Positions 51,238 to 64,000 of a stretch of 64,000 nt of DNA are shown here, in pieces. A program made the translations under genes and the position numbers. The first letter of the stretch is position 1, and each line of letters starts with the position of its first letter. The notes beneath the pieces are model-generated. The model made no database searches and was not told where the DNA came from. It saw nothing but the letters and a program-made list of their open reading frames with translations. The DNA is taken from assembly GCA_951406725.2 (NCBI GenBank), contig OX597834.1, positions 32,550,001-32,614,000 on the forward strand, in the 5' to 3' direction. The stretch comes from Octopus vulgaris. Its lineage: Eukaryota.

Positions 51238-53062
51238 ATGGCTATGACTGACAAAACACTTTTCCCTCTCTTCAGATACATAGAGAGAAATGTCCTCACA
51301 CACATAAATAGGGAGAGAGAGAAAGAGAGAGAGAGAAAGAAAGAGGGAGAGAAACAAAGAGAGAGAGGGAGAAACAAAGGGAGAGATTACAATTTATTAA
51401 TTAAATGTGATTGACAAACAACACTTCCCCTCCTCATTTACACGAATAGAAATAGGCTCACATATAAAGAGAGAGAGAGAGAGAGAGAGAGAACAGAAAG
51501 ACAAAGAGAGGGAGGGGGGAAAGAGAGGGGAAGGAAAAATAGAAAGGGTGAAAGCGAAAGATTACAATCAATTAATTGACATAATTAGACATAAACGCTT
51601 TCACCCTCCTCACACACATAAAAAGAAATAAATTTAAACGCATAAACAGAGATGAGAAGGAATGATAGAGAGGGGGGGATAAAATGAGGAACATTAAAAA
51701 CGTCTGAGGTCAAATAAGTCAGCATTGAATCAGTAATGCCATAATAGGTGGCCTCAAAATACCTGCAACCAAAATATCTCATACCCATCATAGAAGAGCT
51801 CAAAAGTGTTGTATATATCTTTGCTGTTATGTTAAACTGTTGTATGTCCAAATTTGACCAAATGTGTTTTTTACAATTTTTTTACAATTTGCTTGCAATA
51901 GTGGATTCTTTTGGTCAAACTATCGTATCTCCAGCTGCTTCAGATGCCAAGATATCAAAAATAGTCAAAGTGTAGTACAACGGTTTTGCTATGGAATGGT
52001 GAAACTATTGCTGAAAAAGCAATGTTTTGGACTTACAACACTTTTGAAGAAAATTTGTTTATAAAAATCTTAACGTTAAGAAAATTCATATATACCAAAA
52101 AAAAAAAAACAGCAAAAAATATATACACATATTGCACAAAAAATGACACATGCAGATGCATGTGTATATGTATATATATATATATATATATACACATATA
52201 TATATACACACACACATCACATATATATGCATGCAAACATACATATAACCACAGACATATACACAGACTTGCTATACACACATATGCACATACATGCATC
52301 ACTAACATATATACATACATATATATATACACACACAAACATACATATACCCACACACATTTATGCACATGTACACACCACACATATACACACAACACAC
52401 ATGGAAATACACATACAGATACATCACACATGTATATACACACATTACACACACACACATATATATATATTTCTTTACTACCCATAAGGGGCTAAACATA
52501 GAGGGGACAAACAAGGACGGACAAACGGATTAAGTCGATTACATCGATCCCAGTACGTAACTGGTACTTAATTTATCGACTCCGAAAGGATGAAAGGCAA
52601 AGTCGACCTCGGTGGAATTTGAACCCAGAACGTAACGGCAGACGAAATACGGCTACGCATTTCGCCCGGCGTGCTAACGTTTCTGCCAGCTCGCCCATAT
52701 ATACACACACACACACTCACACACATATATACACATACACAAAACATATGAAACTGAAATTTCTTCATAGATGGACAATCAAAGAAAGACACACACACAC
52801 ACAACAGATTTTACGCATACATGCATACACGTGTATACACATGTATATATATATATACACACACACAGGCAAAGAAAGAATCCACCTATGACATCAAGGA
52901 AATATTGTATTGTTCGTTTCCACCTCACCCTTTTTCACCACCACCACCACCAGCAACACCAATGTCACTATAAAGCCACCTCATCCACCACCATCACGAA
53001 AAGAAAAGATGCTCTTGACTTGCTGTTTATTAGAGTAGTAACTCCCACTCCTTCTCTCTTTC

Positions 53063-53106
<44 letters not shown>

Positions 53107-54113
53107 CTTTCTTTTGTAATGTGTTAAGTATTTTAAGTAGTGAAAAACAAGAAAAACTTATAGAAATAATAATAATAATAATCGTTTTGATATCTTCTTT
53201 CCCTGCATGCAAGGGTCAGATGAGAGTAGGTTAGGGCAGAGTCTTGTTTTCCATGTCCGGATGTTTTTCCTGGCGCCAATCTCCACTTATTTCCAAGTAG
53301 GGGTTGGCGACAGAAATCCATCAGTCTGGACACGTTTTACGTGGAGAACTGGGAATGGAGAATGTTGTATGAACCAGCCCCTTGTCTACAGCTTTGCAAA
53401 CAGACACGAAGACAAGAGACATAAAATATCACGTACACACTGACACACGTCATCATCATCATCGTTTAATGTCCATTTTCCATGCTAGCATGGGTTGGAC
53501 AGTTCAACTGGGGTCTGGAAAGCCAGAAGGCTGCACCAAGCTCCAGTCTGATCTGGCAATGTTTCTACGGCTGGATGCCCTTCCTAACGCCAACCACTCC
53601 GTGAGTGTAGTTGGGTGCTCTTTACGTGACAGATGAGGCTGGCGAACGGCCACGATCAGATGGTGCTTTTTACGTGCCACCGGCACGGGGGCCAGACAAG
53701 GCTGGCAACGGCCACAATCGGATGGTGCATTTTACGTGCCACTGGCATGGAGGCCAGTCGGGGCGGTGCTGGCAATGGCCACGTTCGGATGGTTCTCTTA
53801 CGTGCCATTGGCACTCGTATCACAGCTACAATTTCCATTGATGTTGATCGATTTCGATTTCGATTTTCACTTGCCTCAACAGGTCTTCACAAGTAGGGTT
53901 TGTGTCACAAGAAGGAAAGGTATGCATAAGTGGGCGGGCTACGTCCCAGGTAGAGGCCATGGGTTATGGTCTCACCTGTGGCCTCTACCTGGGACGTAGC
54001 CAGCCCACTCAGCCCACACACATATATATATTACATACACGTATCTAATGAACTTTTTTTTTTTCAGTTTCAAATTACCAAATTAACTCCCAAGGCTTGG
54101 GGGATAGCCTGGG

Positions 54114-54605
54114 CAACACTGAACTAAGTTCTAAGCAAAATGAGCATGTGCTTAGGGCACATGGTAAATGGTCCACAGTACAAAAGAAATCACTCGTTAA
54201 AATAATATTCAAAGTGGTTTATATGATCAGAAATATAATTTGGAAGTGTTCATAGTTTCATAGCGAGGATCTGACTAAAGACTTTGCAATTAAAAAAAAG
54301 TAGGAGAAAACTTTACAAATATATAATTAGGTAGAAGTATACAAAAATAAACATTATTTTCCATTTTACGTTAAAGTTGCTAAAATAATGTTCAAAGTGG
54401 TTTATCTGATCAGAAATATAATTTCAAAGTATTCATGGTGTCAAAATATAAAAAAAACTATATTCCATCTTACTGTTTTATCTCGTTTTGAAAAATAAAA
54501 ACTTATTCTGTGGTTAATTATTGTTCTTACTTTGAATTGCATATATGAGGAGACACCAAAGTTTTGCCTGTGCTTAGGGCCACTATGGGTCTTAACCCTG
54601 TCCTG
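54114..54605 (+). mobile_element. Second copy of the non-autonomous hAT family, inserted in a SINE-B
   Basis: Shares gtgcttagggc subterminal motifs, the EDL.KDFAI.K.RRKL-like segment and the gggtcttaa..ctg end with 2817-3238. Flanks agcctggg / aacttggg match at 6/8. Confidence 0.7.
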
Positions 54606-56538
54606 AACTTGGGGCTATAATAGAAGACACTTGTTTAACCCTTTAGTGTTCGCATTATTCTGCCAAAATTAATGCTTTTTTATCCACATTGTTTTGAACT
54701 AATCACACATTATCTTGTAGTGATGAGATTTTGATGAGGTAGCTGTTAAGTTTTAAAATGATGTTGTAGGGTTGGTGTGAGAGACCAGATCTGGCCAGTT
54801 TGAACCTAAAACAGGCAGAATACTTTTGGCCGGATATGGCCGGTTTAAATACTAAAGGTTTAAGGTGGCAAGCAGTGGGATTGAACCGAAAACCATGTGG
54901 TTGGGAAGCATTATCAATAATCCATTCTATGATGAGCACAAAGCCTGAACTTTCAGGGGATAGGGGACTAGTCAATTACATCACCCCCTGTGCTCAACTG
55001 GTACTTATTTCGATGATCCCAGAAGGATGTAAGGCAAAGTCAACCTCAGCAGAATTTGAACTCAGAATGTAATGACAGATGGAACTGCCACCAAGCATTT
55101 TGTCCTGCGTGCTAACGATTCTGCCAGCTCACTGCCTTGGAAAGCAGGATTAATAACAGTTGTTTCTAGCAGAGATATGAAGTTGGAAAATTGGGGGAAT
55201 AGGACAACTGATTCAATTGTCCCCTAATATCTGATCAGTGCTTTATTGTATCGACCCTGAAAAACTGAAGAGCAAAGATGAGCTTTGGAGGGATTTGAAC
55301 TCAGAACACTAAGAGAGGGAATAAATGCTACGAGGCATTTTTTCCGACCAATGTTTTAATGATTCCATCACCTGATTGTTACCAAAACAAAATAATAATG
55401 GTTTCAAATTTTGGCACAAGGCCAGCAATTTAGTGGTGGTGGTGGGGGGGATTTGACTACATCAACACCCCCCACCTCACTACACAACTGGTACTTATTT
55501 TATCAACCCCCCCCACCCCAAAAAGGAATGAAAGGCAAAGTTGACCTTGGCAGCGTTTGAACTTGGAATGTAAAGGCGGCGGAGATGCTGTCAAGTGGTC
55601 AGATTTAGTGTAACTAACTAGGACACCGCTAAGAACTGTTACTACACTTACCCACCACCACCACCACCACCACCACCACCACCACGATGACTACGACAAT
55701 GACCACCACTTTGGCTCTGATCAGATAAGCAGTACTAGAGAAGGAGAGGAGAGAAGTGTAGGGGGGGTGTGGCACCAAGATGCAGGATGTATCAATATGA
55801 AAGTGCTACAGAGTGCAGGATCTCTCTCACACACACACACTCCCCCCCTCTCGCTCTCCTTTGTTCATCCTGCTGTTATCTTAGACAACCACAGCTTCTT
55901 CAGTTTTCTCTTTGTTTATTGTTGCCGCTGCTGCTGTTGTCTACAGCATAGTCGTTGTTGTTCTTGTTATTGCTGCTTCTGGGCCCCAGGTCAGTTTAAA
56001 CCATGATCAAGCCAACCACAAATTAGAAGCATTCAAGGTCTTAGATGTAGCTAAGACAACTTTATCCAAGGTCCTTTCCATATTCAAGACAGTAGGGAAT
56101 TAGCTGAGCGAGACTTGGCTGCTATTTCTAGGAAGTTGAGCAAATGAATGCCAGCTCACTACTTTCGTTCAAACTATATTTGAGCTGGCAGAAACGTCAG
56201 CACGCCGGGCGAAATGCTTAGCAGTATTTCGTCTGCCGCCACGTTCTGAGTTCAAATTCCGCCGAGGTCGACTCTGCCTTTCATCCTTTCGGAGTCGATA
56301 AATTAAGTACCAGTGAAACACTGGGGTCGATATAATCGACTTAATCCCTTTGTCTGTCCTTGTTTGTCCCCTCTGTGTTTAGCCCCTTGTGGGTAGTAAA
56401 GAAATATATATTATTGTTGTTTATAGGGCTTATCCTCAGATCAGCCCTGATCAAGCTGATCTCTGATGAAATCAAAGACTTTCCAGCTGCCGCCATGCAC
56501 TCTTTTCATCTGGCATAGTGTAGCTAGGACCACATTAT

Positions 56539-56927
56539 AGGACGTTATCAAAGACGCTTGAGAGGCGGTTCGATGGAACCTACACTCGCCTCCTTATGAG
56601 AGCTCAAAATCTCTCGTGGAAGCGTCATCCAACCAAAATGCAAATATATGGGAAACTACCACCTGTGTCATCTTTTGTGAAAGGTAGGAGAGTCCAGTTT
56701 GCTGGACATTGTTGTAGAGCTGAAAACGAGGTAATTTCTACTCTTCTCCTCTGGAAGCTCTCTACTCGCGATACCAGAGGGCACACACTCTCCTACCTTG
56801 ATGTAATCTCCAGGGATACAGGCATCCAGCAACAGGACCTCCGTAATGCTATGACGGACCGTGAAGTCTGTCGTAACATAGTAAATTCCATTGTCTCGAC
56901 CACGGTCAAACAATGATGATGATGAGG
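56539..56927 (+). mobile_element. RTE-clade LINE 3' fragment, another family
   Basis: TLSKTLERRFDGTYTRLLMRAQNLSW...RRVQFAGHCCR...AMTDREV. (GAT)n tail and 13-bp TSD aggac(c/t)acattat at 56526-56538 and 56928-56940. Confidence 0.85.
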
Positions 56928-57813
56928 AGGACTACATTATTTAATATGCTTTGGGGTTTTTTTCCTTAAAAAAAAAAGGGTTGAAACTTAAGAGAGATTT
57001 GGCTTCTATTTTCAGGAGTCTGAGCAATCACACGGATGCTTTCATGTTTGGGTCATACAGTATTGTTGCAGTTGATGTTCTTGTTGAAGGTATTGTTGTT
57101 GTTGTTATAGTTGTTGAAATTTATCCTAAGATCATCACTGATCAAGCTCATCTATGATATGACCAATAACTTTCCAGCTGTGACCTCGGCCACTCTTTTA
57201 GTCTTAAAAAAAATCCAATTATATTCTTGATGATTAAATATTAATAGGGATTTTATAAAAAGAAACTAATTATCAAAATATATTTTGTGTATTGCAGAAA
57301 TGTAAGCAATTTATTGCTCGTAAATTTTCCCAACAAGTATCTTATCTGGACCCTACCAAGGGTCTTGTGGACCCTGGTTGAGAAACACTATCTGACATGG
57401 TGGCCTGACCAGCTAGAAATAGTAGTTAAAACTCTTGCCAACACTGGTATTGAAGTTAATGAGATGATGATGATGGCACTGATATTTCAGGCAATAATGC
57501 GAATGATGATAGTAATGATGATGATGGTGAAGATGATATTGATAATGATGCTGAAGGTGGTGATGGTGATGATAATGGTAGTGGTGAGGGTGGTGGTGGT
57601 GGTGACGGAGGTGGTGTAGAGATTCAATCTGAAGAATTGTCATTTAAAGAATTGTTGTTGATAATTCTTTCTGCTAAAGGCACAAAGACTGAAATTATGG
57701 GGGAGGGTGTAAAACAATTACGTTGACCCCTTTCCCCCAGTGCATAACAGGTACTCATTTTACCAAGTCCAACCACAAACACATAAAAGTCAAAGTTGAC
57801 TACATTAAATAAT

Positions 57814-58130
57814 CACCGTCACCGTGATCACCATGACCGACCAGGCTATCAGATGTTGTTACACATCGCTGGTCACAATGCGCTTCGCATTGTTTTAGCC
57901 TTCAAATGACGCCACCCCACTGGCTAAGCGAGCAGGCCAACATAAGAAAGAGGGAGAGAAAAATGTGGCGAAAGAGTACAGCAGGGATCACCACCATCTC
58001 CTGCTGGAGCCTCGTGGAGCTTTAGGTGTTTTCGCTCAATAAACACTCACAACGCCCGGTCTGGGAATCGAAACCGCGATCCTACAACCGCGAGTCCGCT
58101 GCCCTAACCACTGGGCCATTGTGCCTCCAC
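57814..58130 (-). mobile_element. tRNA-derived SINE family D, tail type 2
   Basis: The head and middle match 27512 but the tail differs. Perfect 12-bp TSD ACATTAAATAAT (57802-57813, 58131-58142). Confidence 0.85.
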
Positions 58131-58846
58131 ACATTAAATAATATATAGCCCTAAATACTCATAAACGACAAGGCAGGATGGTCATAACTGGAACGCCTTT
58201 GAACATAAACCTGTTTGATGAAGGCTGACCTAGGGTCTGAAAATCGTCAACAACAGCAACAGCGACAACAACAACGAATCTTTTCCGCTGTGGAGGCACC
58301 AGCAAACCTAATGTGAATGTATTAAAGTTATTCCAGTTACGATGGAATCTAGCTAAATACTCGTTATTTTTAGCTTCCTCATCAGTTGCCTGGGAAACAG
58401 GAATGATCTGGCAATTCCGGAAATCTATACTACGTGTACGGAGTGTAGATGTAGCTGTGTGTGTGTGTGTGTTTGGGTGAGAAAGAGAGAGACTATATGT
58501 GTGTAGTACAGTCGTAGCTGTGTGTGTGTGTGTGTGTGAAAGAGAGAAGGAGAGAGGGGAAGGGGGAAAGAAAGAGGGAGAGGAAAAGAAGGAGAGAAAG
58601 AGGGAGTGGGAATGGGGAGGGGGGTATGGGAGAAAGAGAGTGGTGAGGAGACAGGGAATGGGGGAAGAGAGAGAGAGATGTGTATAATACAGAGGTAGCA
58701 GTGAGAGAGAGGGAGTTGTTGAAAGGGAGAGAAAAAACAGAGCAGTCAGCAAAGAGGGGGGAGGAGAGAAAGGAGGGACAGCTAGAGGAAGAGACTGAAA
58801 GAGACAAAGGAAGAGAGAGGATGTATAAGGGGAGGCATAAGAGGCT

Positions 58847-58900
<54 letters not shown>

Positions 58901-59529
58901 GAAGGGGAGAAGCAAGAATAGTGAGAAAGAAGAGAAAAAGAGGAAGAAATAAAGCAAGAAAGAGGGAAGAGAGAGAGAGAAAGAGCGAGAGGGGAGGGAG
59001 AGATGGATGGGGGGGAGCTCTTATTATCCAGGTTGCTGCATCAGCACACACTGAAGTGCAAGTTCAATAACACCAATATAAAAACTGCACCCAATGCACA
59101 ACAATTGAGCAGCTACGCTGTTTACACAGCTAGAAAGGAGTGCAGCAGCAGCAACAACAACAATAGAAGAAGAAGAAGAAGAAGAAGAAGCCACAGCTTC
59201 AAACAGCACCAACAGCCACCACAACCACCACCCACCACGACCACCACCACCACCCACCACCAATAATCCCACCGCCGCCGCCGTCACCACTGACTGCAAC
59301 ATCCTCATCCCCCATCATCGCTGCCACCATCACATTTTCTCTTTTTTTCCCAAGCGAAGCAAGTCATATAGCTTTCTGGTTGGCTGACCACAGCAAGTCA
59401 AGCATTCCGGTTCAGCGACTGCAACAGACTTAACCACTTTAAGCGGGGGGGTGGGGGTGGCTACCACCGCTGCCACCATCATCATCATCATCATCATCAA
59501 CTGATTGCTCCATGCGCTGTCATACTTAC

Positions 59530-59621
59530 ACGTGTTGCATGAGAACCATAAACGGGTTTCACCATGGTACCATTTCCAGTGCAGACTAGTTTGACCCAGC
59601 TTATATTCTTGCTAAGGTCAG
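59530..59621 (-). other. Candidate 92-nt exon
   Basis: ccatttcag|CTGACC...ACACGT|gtaagt. One frame is open (DLSKNISWVKLVCTGNGTMVKPVYGSHATR). No recognised homolog. Confidence 0.25.
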
Positions 59622-60639
59622 CTGAAATGGCAGACATCTCTCACTTGGAATGTCTGCTTCTTTTGTAATCTGGTCTGGCAGCAGCCATGGCTGTGTGGTT
59701 ACAAAGACTGCTTCCCAACCATGTGGTTTTGGGTTCAGTTCCACTGTGTGGTACCTTGGAGCAAATGTCGTCTAGAGAAGCTCTGGGACAACTAATGCTT
59801 TGTGAGTGAATTTGGCAGATAGAAACAGCCGATGCCCATCATGTATATACGTCTGTACCAGTTGCCAGGAATGTGATTAAGTAAAATTGGTAATTCCAAT
59901 TATCTTACGCTGCTATATTTAGTGTCTTGTTCCTGGATGGTTAATGGGTTGGGTGTAATAAAAACCATAAAGTTACCTTCTCAAGCCATACTGACTCAAA
60001 AAGGCCAGTTTCCCAGTTTCTGTGGCGTAAACATTCCCCACCTGGATGGGATGCTAGTCCATCACAAGATTCCTCATTTTTGCCAGCTGAGTGGACTGGA
60101 GCAACGTGAAATGAAGTGGTTTACTACAAGAACACAACACGTCGCCCAGTCCAGGAATCAAAACAACAATCTTATGATCATGAGTCCAACGCCCTTAGCA
60201 CTAAGCTACGCATCTCCACAGAACCAGTAGGGCACTGAGGTCAATGTAACTGCTTATTCTAACTCCTGACTCAAAACTGCTGGCCTTATGCCAAAATTAG
60301 AAAGAAATATTGGTGTATGGTGGTTGTAGCAGAGGTGGTAGTGTTGATGCTAATGTTGGTGGAAGTGATAATGTCAGCACCTCTACAATGGTTTGGATGT
60401 AGTACTGAAGAAAGAGCAAGAACTCCTGAAACATGCATCTACACCCATCCCTTATTTTTCTATATTTGATCACATTGTTTACATGGATATATTCATATAT
60501 AAAACGCCTCAGTTGATCATTCTTGGGAATCCAGCTAGAAAGTCTAATGACAGTTGTTTCTGATAGGACTTTATAGAGGAGATGCCCGAGGATTTTACAC
60601 CCCATGATCCAGTAGGTGAAGAAGATGAATGGATGGATA

Positions 60640-61303
60640 GAAAATGCTTAGCAATCTTTCCTCTGACTCTTTACATCCTGAGTTCAAAACCTGCAGGGGT
60701 CAACTTTGCCTTTCATCGTTTCAGGATCAATAAAATAAAGCACTAATTGAACACGGGAGTCATAATTAACTTACGTCCTCCCACTAAAATTGCTGGCCTG
60801 GGGCCAAAATTTGAAACCATTATTACTATAACTGATTTAAGGTAGCAAACTGGCAGAGTTGTTAGATCACCAGAGAAAAGGCTTAGTAGCATTTTGTCTG
60901 TCTTTACGTTCAGAGTTCAAATTCAGCTGAGGCTGACTTTTCTTTTCATCTTTTCCAGTTGGTTAAAATAAACACCATTCAAACACTGGGTCCAGTGTTA
61001 TTGGGTAGCCTCCTCAGCTAAAATTTCAGGTCTTATGCCTATAGTAGAAAGAATTATTACTATTATTATGGTGATGAGCTGGCAGAATTGTTAGCATGCT
61101 GGGCGAAATGCTTAGTGGTATTTCATCTGTCTTTATGTTCTGAGCTCAAATTTCGCCAAGGTCGACTTTGCCTTTCATCCTTTCAGGGTTGATGAAATAA
61201 GTACCAGTTACACACTGGGGTTGATGTAATTGACTTAATCCTTTTGTCTGTCCTTGTTTCTCCCCTCTATGTTTGGCCCCCCTGTGGGCAATAAAGAAAT
61301 AAA

Positions 61304-61341
<38 letters not shown>

Positions 61342-61550
61342 TACTGTTATTATTATTATTATTATTAAGGCAACAAGCTGGTTGAATCATTAGCACACCA
61401 GACGAAATGCTTAGTGGTATTTTGCCTGTCATTATGTTCTGAGTTCAAATCCTGCTGAGGTCGACTTTGCCTTTCATCCTTTTGGGATTGGTGAATTAAG
61501 TACCAGTTACATACTGGGGTCCATGTAATTGACTATCCCCCACCCCACAT
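60640..61550 (+). mobile_element. Head-to-tail array of four family A SINEs separated by (ATT)n
   Basis: gagttcaaa...gactttgcctttcatc occurs four times in the same orientation. Similar arrays are at 47390-48515(+) and 54925-55610(-). Confidence 0.8.
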
Positions 61551-61872
61551 GATTTTGAACACCCACCACCACCACCACCACTAACTCACGGAAAATAGGC
61601 CATGTAGTTTGATGTGAGGAGCAGGGGGAGGAATCAGGATGTTTATCAAACTGTCCTCCTCCCCTCCACCTGCCACTCCCTCTACCATTAACACCACAAC
61701 CATTACTGCCTCCAGTGCCACTGCCACCTTCACCTTTATGACTAATATATGGTACCATTGCTGGAGTAGCTGACAAAAGTTCAAATGATCGCAGCTGGTG
61801 CATTCGAGTGTGCACACAGATGTGCATATTCAAATGCAAACATGCAAATTTGCATTTAGAAATAATAAAACA

Positions 61873-62164
<292 letters not shown>

Positions 62165-62878
62165 ATATGTGATCTGATCCATAAGTATCCAGACTGTTGC
62201 TATAGTAACGAAGCTAAAGCACACAAAGTGAAGTCACTTGGCACAGAGTGACCTTGAACACTGCAGTGCATGCTTACTAAGGCTTAACATTCTAGCTTAC
62301 TTCTGCTGTTTACAGCAATGCTTGGAAGGAAGGTGTGTAGCGTGTGATCATCGCTCATGGATGATCACCTATATATATATATTGAGCGTCCAATAATACT
62401 ATATTTGTTCCACGTCCTCGCGTTGTTGTATTTTTTTGTGCTTTCTTGTTTGGATTAACAATATATATATCATGTGATCACGTGACCAACCAGTCCATCA
62501 GATGTTGCTACACATCGCTGGTCACAATGCGCTTCACATTGTTTGTTTATATATATATATATATATAGGTGTGGCTGTGTGGTAAGAAGCTTGCTTACCA
62601 ATGGGCAAGTGTCTTCTACTATAACCTCAGGCCGACCGAAGCCTTGTGAGTGGCATGTTTATGTGTGTGTGTCTGTATTTGGCCCCCTGCCATTGCTTGA
62701 CAACCGATACTGATGTGTTTATATCTCCATAACTTAGCAGTTCGGCAAAAGAAGCTGATAAAATATGTACTAGGCTTACAAGGAATAAGTCCTGGGATCA
62801 ATTTCTTCAACTAAAACTCCTTAAGGCAGTGCTCCATCATGGCCACTGTCAGATGACTGAAGCAAGTAAAAGAATTAA

Positions 62879-62911
<33 letters not shown>

Positions 62912-64000
62912 TGCATATATACATGTGTGTGTATATATATTCTAATTTTTATTCTTTCATTTGTTTCCATCACTTAACTGTGGCCATGCTGCAGTATTTG
63001 TGTGTGTGTATGTACACACACAAACATACAGATACAGACATACATTCACACAGACACATGCAAACAACAAACCATTTCCAACACAACTGCATCACCACAA
63101 CAGCTGCCATACACCACCATCACCACCACCACCACTGCCAACAGTTGCAGCAGCAGTACAAGCACAACCACTACTACCACTATGATCAACACCAACAGCA
63201 GCAGCAGCAGCACCACCACCACCACCACCACCACAAATCACCACACACACACACCACCACCATCACCACTAGGAACATCACCAACGTTGAAATGATTACA
63301 ATACCATCATTGGAGATGTTCCAAACTTCTGGCACAGACCATTTCAGTGTCGCCCTCACCCGCCTATCCTGCCCTGCCCACCCCTTGGTAATTCACCATT
63401 TTAACACAGGAAGGAGTTCCAGGAACAGGCTCCTCTTTTAAATGAACTGCCGTTGCCACCACCACCACCACCACCACCACCACAGCCACCATCACCTCTG
63501 CCACACTGCCAACACCACCAACACTACCATTAACCATCCACCACCACCACAGCCACCATTACCATCATCATCTCTGCCACACTGCCAACACCACCAACAC
63601 TACCATTAACCATCCACCAACCACCACCACCACCACCACCACCAACTAATTAACCATCCACCAGCCACCACCATCACCACCATGGCTGCAGCCACCGTCC
63701 ATGTCTCTGCTGCCAACACTACCACCCAACCTCCCCCACCACCACCTCCATACCTCACTGGTTTAACACCATTTAACACTCACTAAACTACCTATTCATA
63801 TTCACCGTTTGAACTCTGCTCCCCAGAACCACTGCCAGCCTGGCAATCTGCTCTCTCTAAATATACGCCTTTGTTGCTGCTGTTCTTGTAGTTGTCGTTA
63901 TCATCATTATCATCATCATCATCAACAGCATAATTAAACTGGCATTCGGTCAGTTACGATGACGAGGGTTCCAGTTGATCCGATCAACGGAACAGCCTGC

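Noticed and set aside
50952-51377. Poly-His, poly-Asp and poly-Met ORFs
   Set aside because: These are translations of the (GAT)n tail of the RTE insertion.
60567-60640. Plus-strand acidic peptide DFIEEMPEDFTPHDPVGEEDEW after tttctgatag
   Set aside because: It is short with a weak donor and no recognised homolog, and it lies on the opposite strand to the other exon candidates.

Overview
Eukaryotic, AT-rich, repeat-saturated non-coding DNA. The SINE families and the microsatellite density look like an octopus (coleoid cephalopod) genome; this is recognition from memory, not a database result. No intact protein-coding gene, rRNA, real tRNA gene or CRISPR array is visible, and almost every ORF in the track is a microsatellite or SINE translation. 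The recognisable content is mobile DNA: at least five SINE-like families, 5'-truncated LINEs of the CR1, RTE and R4/Dong clades, Penelope-like fragments, and non-autonomous hAT, piggyBac, Tc1/mariner-type and Merlin-like elements. Many have readable target-site duplications (TSDs) and are nested. The most notable observations are: (1) minimal hammerhead-ribozyme-like motifs in the Penelope-like fragments, one inside a 63-bp palindrome; (2) a minus-strand AG|GT recursive-splice-like site with a ~140-nt AG-free zone and a downstream strong donor, suggesting the window is a long intron; (3) two R4/Dong elements inserted in (TAA)n spacers between head-to-tail SINEs; (4) SINEs sharing a head but carrying different 3' tails; (5) short unique islands rich in homeodomain-type motifs. 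I cannot support a claim of a wholly new biological system from sequence alone.
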